NCBI GenBank assembly: GCA_963775685.1
Contig: CAVZJV010000011.1
Coordinates: 27,546 to 91,545 of the forward strand
Direction: 5' to 3'
Source: Candidatus Bathyarchaeota archaeon
Lineage (GTDB): Archaea > Thermoproteota > Bathyarchaeia > Bathyarchaeales > Bathycorpusculaceae
DNA length: 64,000 nt
Below are positions 51,934-62,941 of the stretch, piece after piece. The notes below the pieces were generated by a model. It saw only the letters and a program-made list of their open reading frames with translations. It was not told where the DNA came from and made no database searches. Position numbers and translations under genes: made by a program. Within the stretch, counting starts at the first letter, position 1. The number at the start of each line of letters is the position of its first letter.

Positions 51934-52437
51934 GTGAACATTATGCGGTCTGAATGTTTTAGTTGCAAGAAATCCTTCTCCGGCTCAGGTTTAATTGTCA
52001 ATATAAATGGTAAAGAGCAGACGTACTGTGCGGGTTGTCTCTGGAAGCTTCAGAAGGAATATGCTCAGAAGAAGAGCTGTGAAGACTGCGGCTACTTCGA
52101 TGAGGAATCATGCGGTAAGCGTGGGAAAGCGATAGTTCCTGTGAAAGCAGGATTTAACATGTATTTCGTTGAAGCAGGAACCTGCCGAGACTATTCAACT
52201 GAACAAAAAGCAGGTTCAAAAAAGAAAGATGACTTGTCTGAGGAACAAAAAGAAGCAATTGCACTTGTCAAAAAGCTTGCAGAAAAAGGACAAAACCTAA
52301 CATATTACTGTTGCCACTGTGGGGCTCCGTTGAAAATAGGCGCAAAAACACCTCAAATTCAAAATGTCTGCCCACGATGCCGAGGTGACCTAGAAATTAT
52401 AAACCTTGCCAAATTCATCAAACAGCACCAACCTTAA
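51934..52437 (+). CDS. multi-CxxC zinc-binding protein
   Basis: CFSC, CAGC, CEDC, CCHC, CPRC. Confidence 0.7.
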   Translation: MNIMRSECFSCKKSFSGSGLIVNINGKEQTYCAGCLWKLQKEYAQKKSCEDCGYFDEESCGKRGKAIVPVKAGFNMYFVEAGTCRDYSTEQKAGSKKKDDLSEEQKEAIALVKKLAEKGQNLTYYCCHCGAPLKIGAKTPQIQNVCPRCRGDLEIINLAKFIKQHQP

Positions 52438-52745
52438 TTTTTGCGTGGCAAAATTTTGGTAGTGAAAAGGTTACATGGATTCTCGCGGCCATTTTTCTAT
52501 ACTGCTCTATTTTTTCGGTTATCTCATTTGTGGGCAACGGTATAGTTTGGATTCTAAATTGAAAAGTTTCACTGTCCACTCAAAATCTATAACCTCTTTT
52601 TTTAACTCGGATTAACGCAAATGTCCTATTTTTAAAAAAGGATAGCTTTCTTGTCAGTTCCCTTCACTTCATCATGTAAAGAAAGATTGATCAGTTCCTC
52701 CTCGCGTTAGGGTTTCAACGCTTACGGTAAAGGGTCCCGCGTATT

Positions 52746-54458
52746 CTAAGTCAGAGGGAACTCTAAAGTAAACCGTGTGCCCTTTCCAACTACGCTTTCA
52801 ACAATTATTTTGCCGCCCAACGCTTCAGTGAGCTTCTTTACAACAGCTAGGCCGAACCCTTGACCTTTAGCTTTGGTGGTAAACAATGGCTTGAATAGCT
52901 TTTCTTTCACTTCGTCAGACATGCCTTCGCCTGTATCTTCCATAATGATGCATACATTATCTTCTTTGCATTTCGAAGCTATATTGAGTTTGCCTCCGTT
53001 AGTCATTGCTTGTACCGCATTAGATGTTAGGTTTGTCAGTATTCTCTTTAGGTAAAGTTGGTCTGTGATGATTTTTGGAAAGTCTGCTTCAAGGGCGCAA
53101 GAAATAGCTATATTGTCTTGGATATTCATCGATGCTAAAACATCTTGGATGGTTTTTTCAAGGTCAGTTTCTTGTAATTGGGGCTTTGGCATTTTAGCGT
53201 AGTCTTGGACGTCTTGCACGATTTTGTTCACGTAGGCAAGTTGTTCTTCAATGTAGCTGATGCTTTCTTTTACCTCTTCTTTAGCGTCACTATTAGGCAA
53301 AGTTGCAAGGCTATTTCTTGCCAAGTAGAGTTCGCCTACGATCGATTGGAGAGGATTGCGGATGTCATGTCCAACCATTCCTGCTGTCTCGCCGATTGCG
53401 GCCAGACGTTCAGAGTCCCTGAGCTTCTTTGTTCGTTCTTCAACCAGTGCCTCCAAATCTTCTGTGTGCGCCTTCAGTTCTTTTTCACTTGCTTCCAACA
53501 TTTCCAGCATTTGGCTGTTTGCTAAAGCAACGGAAGCGATTTCTCCAAATGCCAAGGCCATTTCAGCATCACGTTTAGTGAAGCCTCCTGTCTTATTAGC
53601 CAAACCAATTACGCCGACAGTAGTTTGTTCAATTAACAATGGCGCGAACAATACGTTCTTGAGATGAACATGACCTTTAGGCATAAATCTAATCCATTCG
53701 CTTTGATTAAAATCATTTTCAACTGACACTTGCCCCGAATTATATGCCTGAGCGCGGAGTCCACGAATAGGCATCGGAAGCGTAGGGTCAACGGTGCAGG
53801 GCAGATTCCCTGAATCCAAAAATAAGACTTCATTTTCTTTTCCGTCGTCACTTAAGAGGGCAACGTATCCTGCTGTGGCTCCGAGTAGTTCTTTGCAAGA
53901 ATTGAATATTGCTCGAGCGGAATCTGGAAATTCTTTGTTTTGCAAAACTGATCTTGATGCTTTTAATAGCGCTGAAATCTCGGTTTCTCGGCGACGTGAT
54001 TTTTCAAAAGAGATAGTTAATTCCTGCTCCATATTTCTGCTTTCAGTGATGTCTATGCAGGTGCCGACCCATTCAAGGACACCTCCGTCTTGATTGAACA
54101 CCGGAACTCCACGTACAGCAAAAAGACGGTAAACGCCGTCGCGTCTTCGAATTCGGTATTCAACCTCATATTTGCTTTTTGTTTTGACGGCTTGGTTCCA
54201 GATTTGTTTTGTATGTTCTAAATCGGTTGGATGTATAGCGTAGGACCAGCCCCATCCCTTAACTTCTTCACAAGTCTGGCCGGTAAACTTTCTCCATGAT
54301 GGTATATCTTCCTCGACTTCTCCGTCGGCGTTTGCAACCCATCCAAGTTCTCCTGAAACCTCAACAAAAGAGCGGTATCGCTCTAAAATTGCGCTTTCAG
54401 AAAGATTCAGGATGTTAGAGTCGTGTTTTCCCCTTGAATGCATAAATCCCGCACCCAT
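52746..54458 (-). CDS. PAS-GAF sensor histidine kinase
   Basis: PAS (IHPTD, EYRIRRRDG..W.GTCIDIT), GAF, GHDIRNPL, NLTSNAVQA, DTGEG, FTTKAKGQGFGL. Confidence 0.93.
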   Translation of the reverse strand: MGAGFMHSRGKHDSNILNLSESAILERYRSFVEVSGELGWVANADGEVEEDIPSWRKFTGQTCEEVKGWGWSYAIHPTDLEHTKQIWNQAVKTKSKYEVEYRIRRRDGVYRLFAVRGVPVFNQDGGVLEWVGTCIDITESRNMEQELTISFEKSRRRETEISALLKASRSVLQNKEFPDSARAIFNSCKELLGATAGYVALLSDDGKENEVLFLDSGNLPCTVDPTLPMPIRGLRAQAYNSGQVSVENDFNQSEWIRFMPKGHVHLKNVLFAPLLIEQTTVGVIGLANKTGGFTKRDAEMALAFGEIASVALANSQMLEMLEASEKELKAHTEDLEALVEERTKKLRDSERLAAIGETAGMVGHDIRNPLQSIVGELYLARNSLATLPNSDAKEEVKESISYIEEQLAYVNKIVQDVQDYAKMPKPQLQETDLEKTIQDVLASMNIQDNIAISCALEADFPKIITDQLYLKRILTNLTSNAVQAMTNGGKLNIASKCKEDNVCIIMEDTGEGMSDEVKEKLFKPLFTTKAKGQGFGLAVVKKLTEALGGKIIVESVVGKGTRFTLEFPLT

Positions 54459-54608
54459 AAGCCTGTTATAAGGCTTTATTCTAAAAATATGTTCCTGCTA
54501 CAATTAATACATTATTGATGTTGAATTGAGCGTTTGTAACCTAAATCTGCATAATTCCTTATTTCCAATACCCGGAGACTAGCATTTTAGCTTTTTTTTA
54601 ACAATACC

Positions 54609-55883
54609 ATGATTTTCAGCTTGAGAATGCTTATTTGCATAGTCGCTGTAAACTTGTTAGGGAACCTTTTGGTCAATGACAATCAGAAAACCAGCGGTGT
54701 TTTAGCTAGTCGGTCAACTTTCGGGGTCCTTTTTTCCGTTGTTTTCCTCGACAACTTGGGCTTCGCTATCGTCGTGCCCTACTTATTCTTCTATGTGCTT
54801 GCCCTCGGCGGCTCTACCCTCGTCTATGGCGTGCTCTTGGCTTCCTATAGTTTGATGTCGTTTATTTTTACGCCGCTGGTTGCGCGTTTTAGCGATCGTT
54901 ATGGCAGAAGAAAAATCCTTCTTGTAGCGTTGGTGGTGGCGTGCTTTAGCTATTTCTTGTTTGGGGCGGCGCAGGCAATTTGGCTGCTTTTCTTGGGCAG
55001 GATGTTGTCTGGAACAACCGCTGCCACAGTGCCTGTTGCGCAAGCCTATGTTGCAGACGTTACCACCCGCGACGCAAGATTGCGGTACTTGGGGCTTTTA
55101 GGTGCAGCGGCGGGTTTGGCGTTCATTTTCGGTCCGGCAATCGGCGGAACACTCAGCACCCTATTTGGCTATGGCGTGCCCTCTTTCTTGGCGGCGGCTT
55201 TAGCGTTTATAAACTTGATAGTGACATATTTTTTCTTACCTGAACCCGCAAGTTTTAACATAAAAAGAACAGTGATTTCCTTTAGCGCTCTTCTGGGTGT
55301 TCTTAGGAAGCAGAAGGTTGCTTTGTTGTTGGGAATTTATTTTTTGTTTTTTGTTTCGTTTGTTTTTCTGCAGTCAGCTCTCTCTCCCTGGTTGCAGGCG
55401 GTTTTTGGGTTTAGCTCGTTTGAGACGGGGCTGGTTTTCTTCTTCATTGGCGGCGTCAGCGTATTTACCCAGGCAGTTTTGTTGCCTGCGCTGGGCAAGA
55501 GGTTTAACCGGTTGAATTTGACTTTGCTAGGCATCATTTTTTTTGTTGTTGGGCTGGTGGCTTTGTCAGTGACGCATAGTCTCGCGGTTTTGGTGATTGT
55601 TGCAGCTGTGTTTTCTTTTGGCTTCGGAATCCAAATAGTTATACTCAACACGTTGATATCCACAAACACACCCGAAAACGCACAGGGCGGCGCACTCGGC
55701 GTTTCATGGGCAATTGCAGGTCTTGCACAGACTATAGTTCCTATTTTAGCAGCCACTGCTTTTTCCTTCGGCGCATCAGTGGGCTTTGTCGGCTTGACAT
55801 TTGCGATTTCAGCCTTAATTTCACTTGGAACGCTGCCCATGGTTATGCACTTTAGAAAAATCTCTGAAAAACCCGGTAATTGA
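54609..55883 (+). CDS. MFS transporter (TetA/DHA1-like)
   Basis: FSDRYGRRKIL, GRMLSG, AYVADVT, GPAIGG; many TM segments. Confidence 0.9.
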   Translation: MIFSLRMLICIVAVNLLGNLLVNDNQKTSGVLASRSTFGVLFSVVFLDNLGFAIVVPYLFFYVLALGGSTLVYGVLLASYSLMSFIFTPLVARFSDRYGRRKILLVALVVACFSYFLFGAAQAIWLLFLGRMLSGTTAATVPVAQAYVADVTTRDARLRYLGLLGAAAGLAFIFGPAIGGTLSTLFGYGVPSFLAAALAFINLIVTYFFLPEPASFNIKRTVISFSALLGVLRKQKVALLLGIYFLFFVSFVFLQSALSPWLQAVFGFSSFETGLVFFFIGGVSVFTQAVLLPALGKRFNRLNLTLLGIIFFVVGLVALSVTHSLAVLVIVAAVFSFGFGIQIVILNTLISTNTPENAQGGALGVSWAIAGLAQTIVPILAATAFSFGASVGFVGLTFAISALISLGTLPMVMHFRKISEKPGN

Positions 55884-55930
55884 GTTAACTCTGAAAATGA
55901 AACCACGTGACGTCTAAGTGCTAAGCTCAA

Positions 55931-56237
55931 TCATTTATTTAAAGTGAAAGAGTTGTCTTCATTGTAAGTCTTGGTTATTCCAACTAAGTCCTTGAAATTA
56001 ACATCGTATTCATAGGACTTTCCTAGTAACTCTTTGAAGGCTTCAGATCAATGGTAGGCACAATTAATGTTTTGATATTGTCTGTTCTATCTAAGTCTAC
56101 AATTTTGCTGAGGAGTTCTAACCTTTGCAATAAATATTTGCCTGACCACTGGAATATTTTCCTTTAGGTATTTATGAAAAGGTATCAAAAAGCGGTGTGT
56201 GGAAGTTGTGGCGCGGGATGTTAGATTTACAGCCACA
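55931..56237 (-). mobile_element. att-like copy of tRNA-Ser 3' end followed by a decayed integrase-like fragment
   Basis: TGGCGCGGGATGT at 56209-56221 equals tRNA 57226-57238; downstream frames read RLELLSKIVDLD..IKTLI / SEAFKELLGKSYEY / GLSWN. Confidence 0.55.
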
Positions 56238-56530
56238 TTTGAATTCCACACGAAAAGCAAGGATAATTGGAATTTGGTGGAACCGGTGGAATGATTAAAA
56301 CAAGACCTCATATAGCATCCTAATGCACCCTGCATAAGCGAATATTTAGCTGAACAGGTTCTTGTTCGAGCAGCTGAAATCGGCGATACACTTAGCAAAG
56401 AACCCGCCATAACCCTGCACTGCGGACGCGGCACAGTAAACTCTTTTCCATTTTTTGTCGGCTATTTTCGGTTGGGCTTTTTCAAATGGTTTTTATGTAA
56501 GACTGTATTAGTTACGAGTGGTGTTTTGGA

Positions 56531-56812
56531 ATGGTTGAAGATTTTGAACAAGACGATTTCGACATGATTGACCCGACAGCCAAAAGAGTTCTTGTAGCTC
56601 TTTCCCAATTTGAGAAAGGTCTCTTGGTGACGGTAGATCTCTTACACAGAAAAACTGGTTTGATGCCTGAAGCCCTAAACGACGCCGTTCGGCACCTGTC
56701 AAAATCCAAGCTCATCGACATACCTGACCCGGAAAAAAGATATGGCCCCTACGATTTCAATACCGTCGAAATATCCGACTTTGGAAGGCAAGTGCTTGCG
56801 AAATTCGGATAA
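56531..56812 (+). CDS. hypothetical winged-helix-like protein
   Basis: LHRKTGLMPEALNDAVRHL..VEISDFGR. Confidence 0.6.
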   Translation: MVEDFEQDDFDMIDPTAKRVLVALSQFEKGLLVTVDLLHRKTGLMPEALNDAVRHLSKSKLIDIPDPEKRYGPYDFNTVEISDFGRQVLAKFG

Positions 56813-57225
56813 CACTTTGCAACTTATCACTCATCTTAACTAGCAACGATACTTTTTCTTTTTTTAAGAATAAACAAAAAATGGAGATAATCCCTTTACA
56901 CCGCACGCTGTCTGGAATGTTTGGAGGTTGCGGCGGCGTCATCTTAATTATTGTATGAGCTGAACGGAATCGATATTTTTTATGGCTTATTTGCTAAAAT
57001 GGCTGATGATCAAGCCTGATTTTCCAAAAGGCGCATATACAGAGTTGATAACCGTCGGACCCGAACCTTGCGCGGATTGACCCCAAAATAGGTTCGGCTG
57101 CCGTTCGAATTCGTGTGCAATTTAAACGCTAAGGGGAAACAGGCGCTTAGTAAAATTCAGGGGTAAATAATTCAGCCTTTTTTTAAAAATAAGCCATGTT
57201 TAAGCTTTAATTGGGAAAAGAAGCT

Positions 57226-57312
57226 TGGCGCGGGATGTGGGAATTGAACCCACGCGGCCTTTCGACCACAGACTTAGCAGGCCTGCCCCATACCAGGCTT
57301 GGGGAATCCCGC
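57226..57312 (-). tRNA. tRNA-Ser(GCU), encoded CCA, long variable arm
   Basis: GCGGGAT/ATCCCGC acceptor stem, CAGGC-CTGCTAA-GTCTG anticodon arm, GGTTCAATTCC T arm, G discriminator. Confidence 0.95.
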
Positions 57313-57463
57313 ACGCCAGTTCAGCCAATCCATTATGCTGTATTTCAATTAAACCTTTCTGGAAATTAAAACTAGTGGATTCCAAAAAGATTTCTCACCC
57401 ATACTTACCACTAAATCTAAATCAGGGTTCACCAAAAATAAACAGCGGATAACAACACTTATT

Positions 57464-57838
57464 TTGCATAGGAAGCATGGTGCTAAGAAACAATTTCAAA
57501 ACATAGATGAATATATCTCAACTTTTCCTAAGGATATCCAAATTATTTTATAAGAGATGCGGCAAGCGATTAGAGCAGATGCACCCGAAGCGGAAGAGGT
57601 GATTAGTTATCAGATGCCTGCATTCAAACAAAACGGTGTTCTGGTATGGTTTGCCGTGTTCAAAGATCATATTGGGTTTTTTCCGACTGCTTTAGGTGTT
57701 GAGGAGTTTAAAGAAGAATTGTCTGGTTATGTAGTGAGCAAAGGAACAGTCAGGTTTCCTTTAGATAAGCCAATTCCGCTCGATTTGGCGAAGAAGATAG
57801 TGACGTTTCGCGTGAAGGAAAATTTGGGTAAACGCTAA
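57464..57838 (+). pseudogene. DUF1801 (YdhG-like) protein with in-frame TAA at 57551
   Basis: KKQFQNIDEYISTFPKDIQIIL-stop-EMRQAI..EVISYQMPAF..HIGFFP..KGTVRFP. Confidence 0.8.
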
Positions 57839-57971
57839 TTTATGTAGGCTAATAGAGATAGATTTTTTAGAAGGATTTGGTTTAGCTGTTTCAATATAGT
57901 TTAAAAGGTTGACTTTGTTAACTATTGTCTTGCAGGTTTTTCTGCAAAAATGATGCCGTGTTGGTGCCTAA

Positions 57972-58403
57972 ATGGGGATTAAACTTTCAAAATCCGATAT
58001 TGCGTTTATTAAACAGTTACCAGTTTGCCGCCTTGCAACCGCAACCGAAGAATGCGAGCCTGTAGTGAGACCGGTTTGGGCTATCTTTGACGGCGCAAAC
58101 ATCTACATAGCCTCTGACCCTGACACACCCAAGTTGGAGCACATCGAGGCAAACCCTCAGGTATCGCTGGTTTTTGATGACTACGACGAAAAAAACTGGT
58201 CTATTTTTAAAGGAATCCGGGTTCAAGGTGAAGCGGAGGTTATGTGGAACGGCAAAGAATACCGCTACGCCCATGACCTGCTCAAAGAAAAGTACCCTGA
58301 GTACGCGAGCCCCGAAGGCAGCTGGAAAGAAGGCGACATACCCATAATCAAGGTAACGCCGACAGACTTCAACAAGTGGAGCCAAGGAAACTGGAAAAAA
58401 TAA
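57972..58403 (+). CDS. pyridoxamine 5'-phosphate oxidase-like (PPOX/F420-binding) protein
   Basis: CRLATA..PVVRPVW, KLEHIEANPQVSLVFD, LKEKYPEY. Confidence 0.85.
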   Translation: MGIKLSKSDIAFIKQLPVCRLATATEECEPVVRPVWAIFDGANIYIASDPDTPKLEHIEANPQVSLVFDDYDEKNWSIFKGIRVQGEAEVMWNGKEYRYAHDLLKEKYPEYASPEGSWKEGDIPIIKVTPTDFNKWSQGNWKK

Positions 58404-59068
58404 CTATAACTAAACCTGTAGTTAAACTCAATTTTTCCCTTTAAACAAAACGACACATTTCTGAGGTTTCTAGTTGCCATAAAAGTATCAGGCAGGGCTA
58501 CAGAGATGCAGAAAAAATTGTGACTTCTGTTAAAATTATACTTAGTAACGGTTGTAATGCAAATTATCGATCCCATCTTTATTGTTCATCCAGTTGCCGT
58601 AATTATCATAGTCTCTGCCCTGAGGGTGAATTGGTATCTTAACCGCCGCTTTCACAAGTGCCCTCTCCCTGGTCAATTTAGTTGCCTATTGTTTTATTCT
58701 CTCTCCCTTCCACAAACCCTCCACCCCAGCCGAGTGAAAGTGCTTATGGATTTTTTGTATCCACCTCTGAGGCTTCGCGGTCAGTGGCTTTGGGCACTCT
58801 GAGAGGTTTTCTTTGATTTTGATTCATTTTGCATGAGGTTACCTCTGCGTGATGGTGGCCATTTACCGAAAAATTAGGTTGTTTTTGATTGCTGCCCATG
58901 GGGTTTGTTGATTTTCTGGTGCCCTTCCGCCCAAATGCCCTTGTTCCCTTTGAGGCTGTGTTTTTCGGTTTGTCCGTGCTTTCAGTTGTGGTTGCTTGGT
59001 ATGCAACAAAACGAGTAAAAGAGAGCGTGGACTTTCAACCAACCTCTATAAGTAACTGAAGGAAGAGA

Positions 59069-59308
59069 TTATTTAGACCATTGATAGTTTGAGAACTCGA
59101 TTGCGTCAAGGAGTATCTGAGAAAAATCAGTGTTTTCGCATTGGTCGCAGTACATTGCAAAACCGTCGTAAGCGAAGAAGTGCATGTTTTTTCGGCGGTA
59201 AATAATTCTTGGTCTGGCTATCCCGACAAGTTCTAGAAAGTTTTGTTTATCAAATTTTACTCTATAGGAGCTTGCGTTCATTTCGCTTCCTGCGGTAGCT
59301 GCTTCCAA
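59069..59308 (-). CDS. small hypothetical protein
   Basis: 79-aa ORF with GAGGTTG upstream of the start. Confidence 0.5.
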   Translation of the reverse strand: MEAATAGSEMNASSYRVKFDKQNFLELVGIARPRIIYRRKNMHFFAYDGFAMYCDQCENTDFSQILLDAIEFSNYQWSK

Positions 59309-59429
59309 AGTATCAACCTCAATTGCAGAGGGGGCTTTAGGACTTTAATATTTATCTATGTAGCGAACATAGGTCATTTTTAATAGTCGTCGAAAACCTT
59401 ATCCCTAAATCGTAACTATAGCTTTTAAT

Positions 59430-60206
59430 GTGAAGAATATGTCGTTGGAATTAGGGAAGAAATTTGGCTTAACCGCCAGCTTAATCAGTGTTATCTTGCC
59501 AGTTGTAGCGATAATTGGATTTGCAGGTATTGTTCTGTCTGTTATTTCTGCAGTTGCAGCTGAAATCGGAAGAGGCACATTGATACCTGGCTTTTTTGGT
59601 TTTTCCATCGGCGTAATAGTTTTCATCGTTGCAACCGCGGTTTTGGGAATTGTCGGCTTTGTCCTGTTTGTGGTGGCTATGTATAACCTGTCGCACTACT
59701 ACAACGAACCAGGCATCTTCAAGAATGTACTTTACGCTTTTTTCCTCACGATTTCATAAGTTGTGGTTATTTTCGGGATTTACCTGGCGATTTTTTTCTT
59801 ATCGATAGCAAACATCCCGCAAACAGCCCAAAATCCCCCAACCGCTTTTGCTCAAGCAATGCTAAGCTACGTCGCGGTTATTGTGGTGTCGATAGTTTTA
59901 GGTTTAGTTAACGGGTTTCTTTACATGCGAGCCTTCAACAAACTGAAAGAAAAATCGGGAGTGGACTCTTTTGGTACCCCAGGGATTCTTTACTTAATCG
60001 GCATGATCATACCTTTAATCGCTTGGATCGGCTGGATTTTTGCGGCCATAGGATTCCAAAGGCTCCAGCCAACCCAAACATCTCCCATCTCTTATCCTGC
60101 ACAGCCACCCCAAAACTTTACACAAACAAAACGTTGCCCAAATTGTGGCACAGAAAACTATGGTGATGCCTCTTACTGCCGCACCTGCGGTAAAACCCTA
60201 CAATAA
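59430..60206 (+). pseudogene. DUF996-like membrane protein with C-terminal zinc ribbon, in-frame TAA at 59757
   Basis: LSHYYNEPGIFKNVLY, KSGVDSF, WIFAAIGF, CPNCG..CRTCG; both ORFs are in the same frame. Confidence 0.8.
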
Positions 60207-60314
60207 CAGAGTAACTAATCAAGCAAGCAATGGCTTTTTCCATATTTGAATTTGCTTTTTACAAAAAATTTTATATCTCAGTGCCTTATCCTTTTAAACA
60301 CAAGTTGTGATTAT

Positions 60315-61295
60315 ATGTCAGTTAAAATTTCACCAGACTATATTGACCTTCTAAACAAGGCAGTCGAACGCGAAATCCAAGTTTCTCTCCAGTACATTTT
60401 TCAACACGCAAAAATGGAGAAACTTGTACAACGAACCATCCCGGAAAACATCCTCCTGGACAAAACCACATATGATGCGGTTGGAAAGTTCCTCCGTGAA
60501 ATCGCAATCCAAGAAATGAAGCATGCAGCCTCGATAATGGAGCGCATCTACTATCTTGGGGGCGCGGCAACAACTAAATCAGCCAAACCTACTATTGGTG
60601 ATAGTTTAAGTGAATTCGCCAAACTGGGCGTAAAAGCTGAGGAAGAAGCCTTAGTGCTCTATCGTCAAATCATCGAGACTGCTGCCAAAGTGGGTGATTG
60701 GGGTACACGGGAGCTTTTCGAGAAAATCTACAGTGAGGAAGAAGGGCACTTATTCAAGTTCCAAGAATACACCAAGTTTCAAGACGAAAAAGAAGAACCA
60801 AGCAAGGTGCCTCTGCCTGAGTGGCGTAAAATTTACACCGACGACTACTTCACACTGCTAAACAAGGCTGTCTCCGCGGAAATCACCGGAATAATCCAGT
60901 ACACTAACCAGCATGAGAAAATGGCGTACCTCGCACTGCGAATGAAAAACTCTGCACTTGAAGCAATTACGGAAACCAACAAAACTGCAGTCATAAGCAA
61001 AATCCTCAAAGAAGTCTTCATGCAAGAAATGGACCACCTAGAAAAAATCAGCGAACGCATCTACCTACTCGAAGGAGAAGCCACATTCAAGCCCGATCCA
61101 CTCCCAGTCGTCGGCGAAACAGCCCAAGACTTCCTGGTTTTAGATCACGCACTTGAAAGCAGCGCAATAACACTCTACCGACAAATCATCGTTGAAGCCC
61201 TAAAACGCGGCGACACAACCACAAGACGCATGTTCGAAGACATCATCCTCCAAGAAGAAGAACACTTCTGGACCTTCGACGACTTCGTAAGATAA
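60315..61295 (+). CDS. tandem two-domain ferritin-like (bacterioferritin-type) protein
   Basis: Two repeats: LLNKAV..E..LQY..QEMKH..ERI..EEEGH and LLNKAV..E..IQY..QEMDH..ERI..QEEEH. Confidence 0.88.
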   Translation: MSVKISPDYIDLLNKAVEREIQVSLQYIFQHAKMEKLVQRTIPENILLDKTTYDAVGKFLREIAIQEMKHAASIMERIYYLGGAATTKSAKPTIGDSLSEFAKLGVKAEEEALVLYRQIIETAAKVGDWGTRELFEKIYSEEEGHLFKFQEYTKFQDEKEEPSKVPLPEWRKIYTDDYFTLLNKAVSAEITGIIQYTNQHEKMAYLALRMKNSALEAITETNKTAVISKILKEVFMQEMDHLEKISERIYLLEGEATFKPDPLPVVGETAQDFLVLDHALESSAITLYRQIIVEALKRGDTTTRRMFEDIILQEEEHFWTFDDFVR

Positions 61296-61453
61296 AAAGT
61301 TCAACCTCATCCCTTTTTGGGATAACTCTTATTTTTTTCTTCTGCCTTTTTCTTGAACTATTAGATATGAAATTTAAGCCTATTTTATTGTTGTTAGCTT
61401 TTTTTCGGCTCAACTACGGTACTTTAGCTTCTTATTTAAGGGCAAAACAATAG

Positions 61454-62823
61454 TTAATTTTGCTTAGGATCTCGCCTTTTTAGAAAAAGCACAATCAAAA
61501 CGCCAAGAAGCGCAATTATGATGATTAATGCACTGAAGATTCCGAGTTCTAACACGTTAGCATCGAAATTGAAGTTCCAGTGCCCGTTTGGTTTGGCGAT
61601 TGGGTTAGTGTCGGATTACTGGCTACTTCTGAAGTGGGTGTTACGGTTGGTTGCGTGGCAGGAGTCCTAGTTGGAGAGTTTAACGGTGAAAGCGTTGGCA
61701 TGGGCGCGTTGGGGTCTGGAACAGCTTGGGCGTTTTCGCAGGTTAAAAAGGGCTCAAAGTTTACGGTGCCCAAGTTAAAGTTACGGTTGCTATCGTAAAT
61801 TGTTTGGCTTATGGCGGATTTGTCGGTTGTTCCCCACCAGTTGGATGTTGCAGTAATGTTTCCGTATTCGCCCGATGCTAAGCGGACATTATATTCAGGG
61901 TTGTCTTGAAGATTATTGTCCTTGAATATTAAATCCCGAGCTATCCCATCAATGTTCACTCCGATTTGATTTTGAGAAATTGTATTACTGTCCATTGTAG
62001 GGTTTGCGTTGCCGTACAACATTGCTTTGTAAAGCTCAAGATGCACCCCGTGAGTATTGCCGATTATTTTATTTCTTTCCACTATAGCGTTTTGGTTGGT
62101 ATCCCCCATTGTTCTATTGATAGTTCCTAGCGAGATGCCATAGGTGCAGCCAGAGATAGTATTATCAGCAATCAGAGCATAACCTGAACATGAAATTCCC
62201 GCCTGCAGATAGCCATTGTTGCCGGATATTTTGTTACTAGAAATTATTGGATAGATCTGTGGTGGTGTTCCTATTCCGAGAGCGCTTATGCCAACCTGTA
62301 ATTGGGTTGCTCCACACTACGGTGGCGCCTAGAATATGCAATTGACCAACAATTGGTATTGCTTGAAATAATCGATAAACCCTGAACTTGAATATATCCA
62401 GTAATGGAATTTTGGTTAATTTTTATTGGATTTTGGCTGCTCGTAATCGACACCGAGTTGAGCGCACAGTTTTCAATTATGCAGCCGGTCCTGTTTGCTG
62501 GTTCCAACCGATACCGCTTTCTGTGAACTTTAAGCTTCCCGAGTTGAACTGGACCTGGTAGGAACTGTTGCCTATTGCTCGTAGAGTGCCCTCGACTTGT
62601 ATGTAGTAATTGTTGAGGTCGATTGTGAGCTGGGGTCGATTGTTAATGTTACGCCAGTGTTTACATTGATGGATCCGGTAAGTGTGTAGAGGCTGTTGGC
62701 TTTAGTCCATGTGGCGTCTGAAGTTATTCTGCCTATTGCATCGGTGGCGTGGACATTTGTGATAAAGAATGTTGCAGCAATTATACTCACTGCAAAGAAC
62801 ACAATTAGTAATTCTCTTTTCAC
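61454..62823 (-). pseudogene. fragmented secreted beta-helix (pectin-lyase/NosD-like) surface protein
   Basis: Signal peptide, ITSDATWTKANS.YTLTG, NWWGTTD, PT-rich linker and C-terminal TM spread over several frames. Confidence 0.75.
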
Positions 62824-62941
62824 GGAAGTTCTCCAAAATACAAGTGCTCGGTTGCAAATATTAATCTATTCAGAAAACCAATTTTTCCGAAACCTTAAAT
62901 TCCTTTGGCAACACAGATTATTTTAGCAGAGGCAAAAGAGG

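Noticed and set aside
57200-57452. ORFs overlapping the tRNA
   Set aside because: Shadow frames of tRNA-Ser
58700-59000. Possible structured RNA (ACCTCT...AGAGGT pairing)
   Set aside because: Short stems only, no recognisable family; cannot be supported by eye
59757-59759. Stop-codon recoding (Sec or Pyl) at in-frame stops here and at 57551
   Set aside because: Both are TAA rather than TGA or TAG, and other genes end normally in TAA
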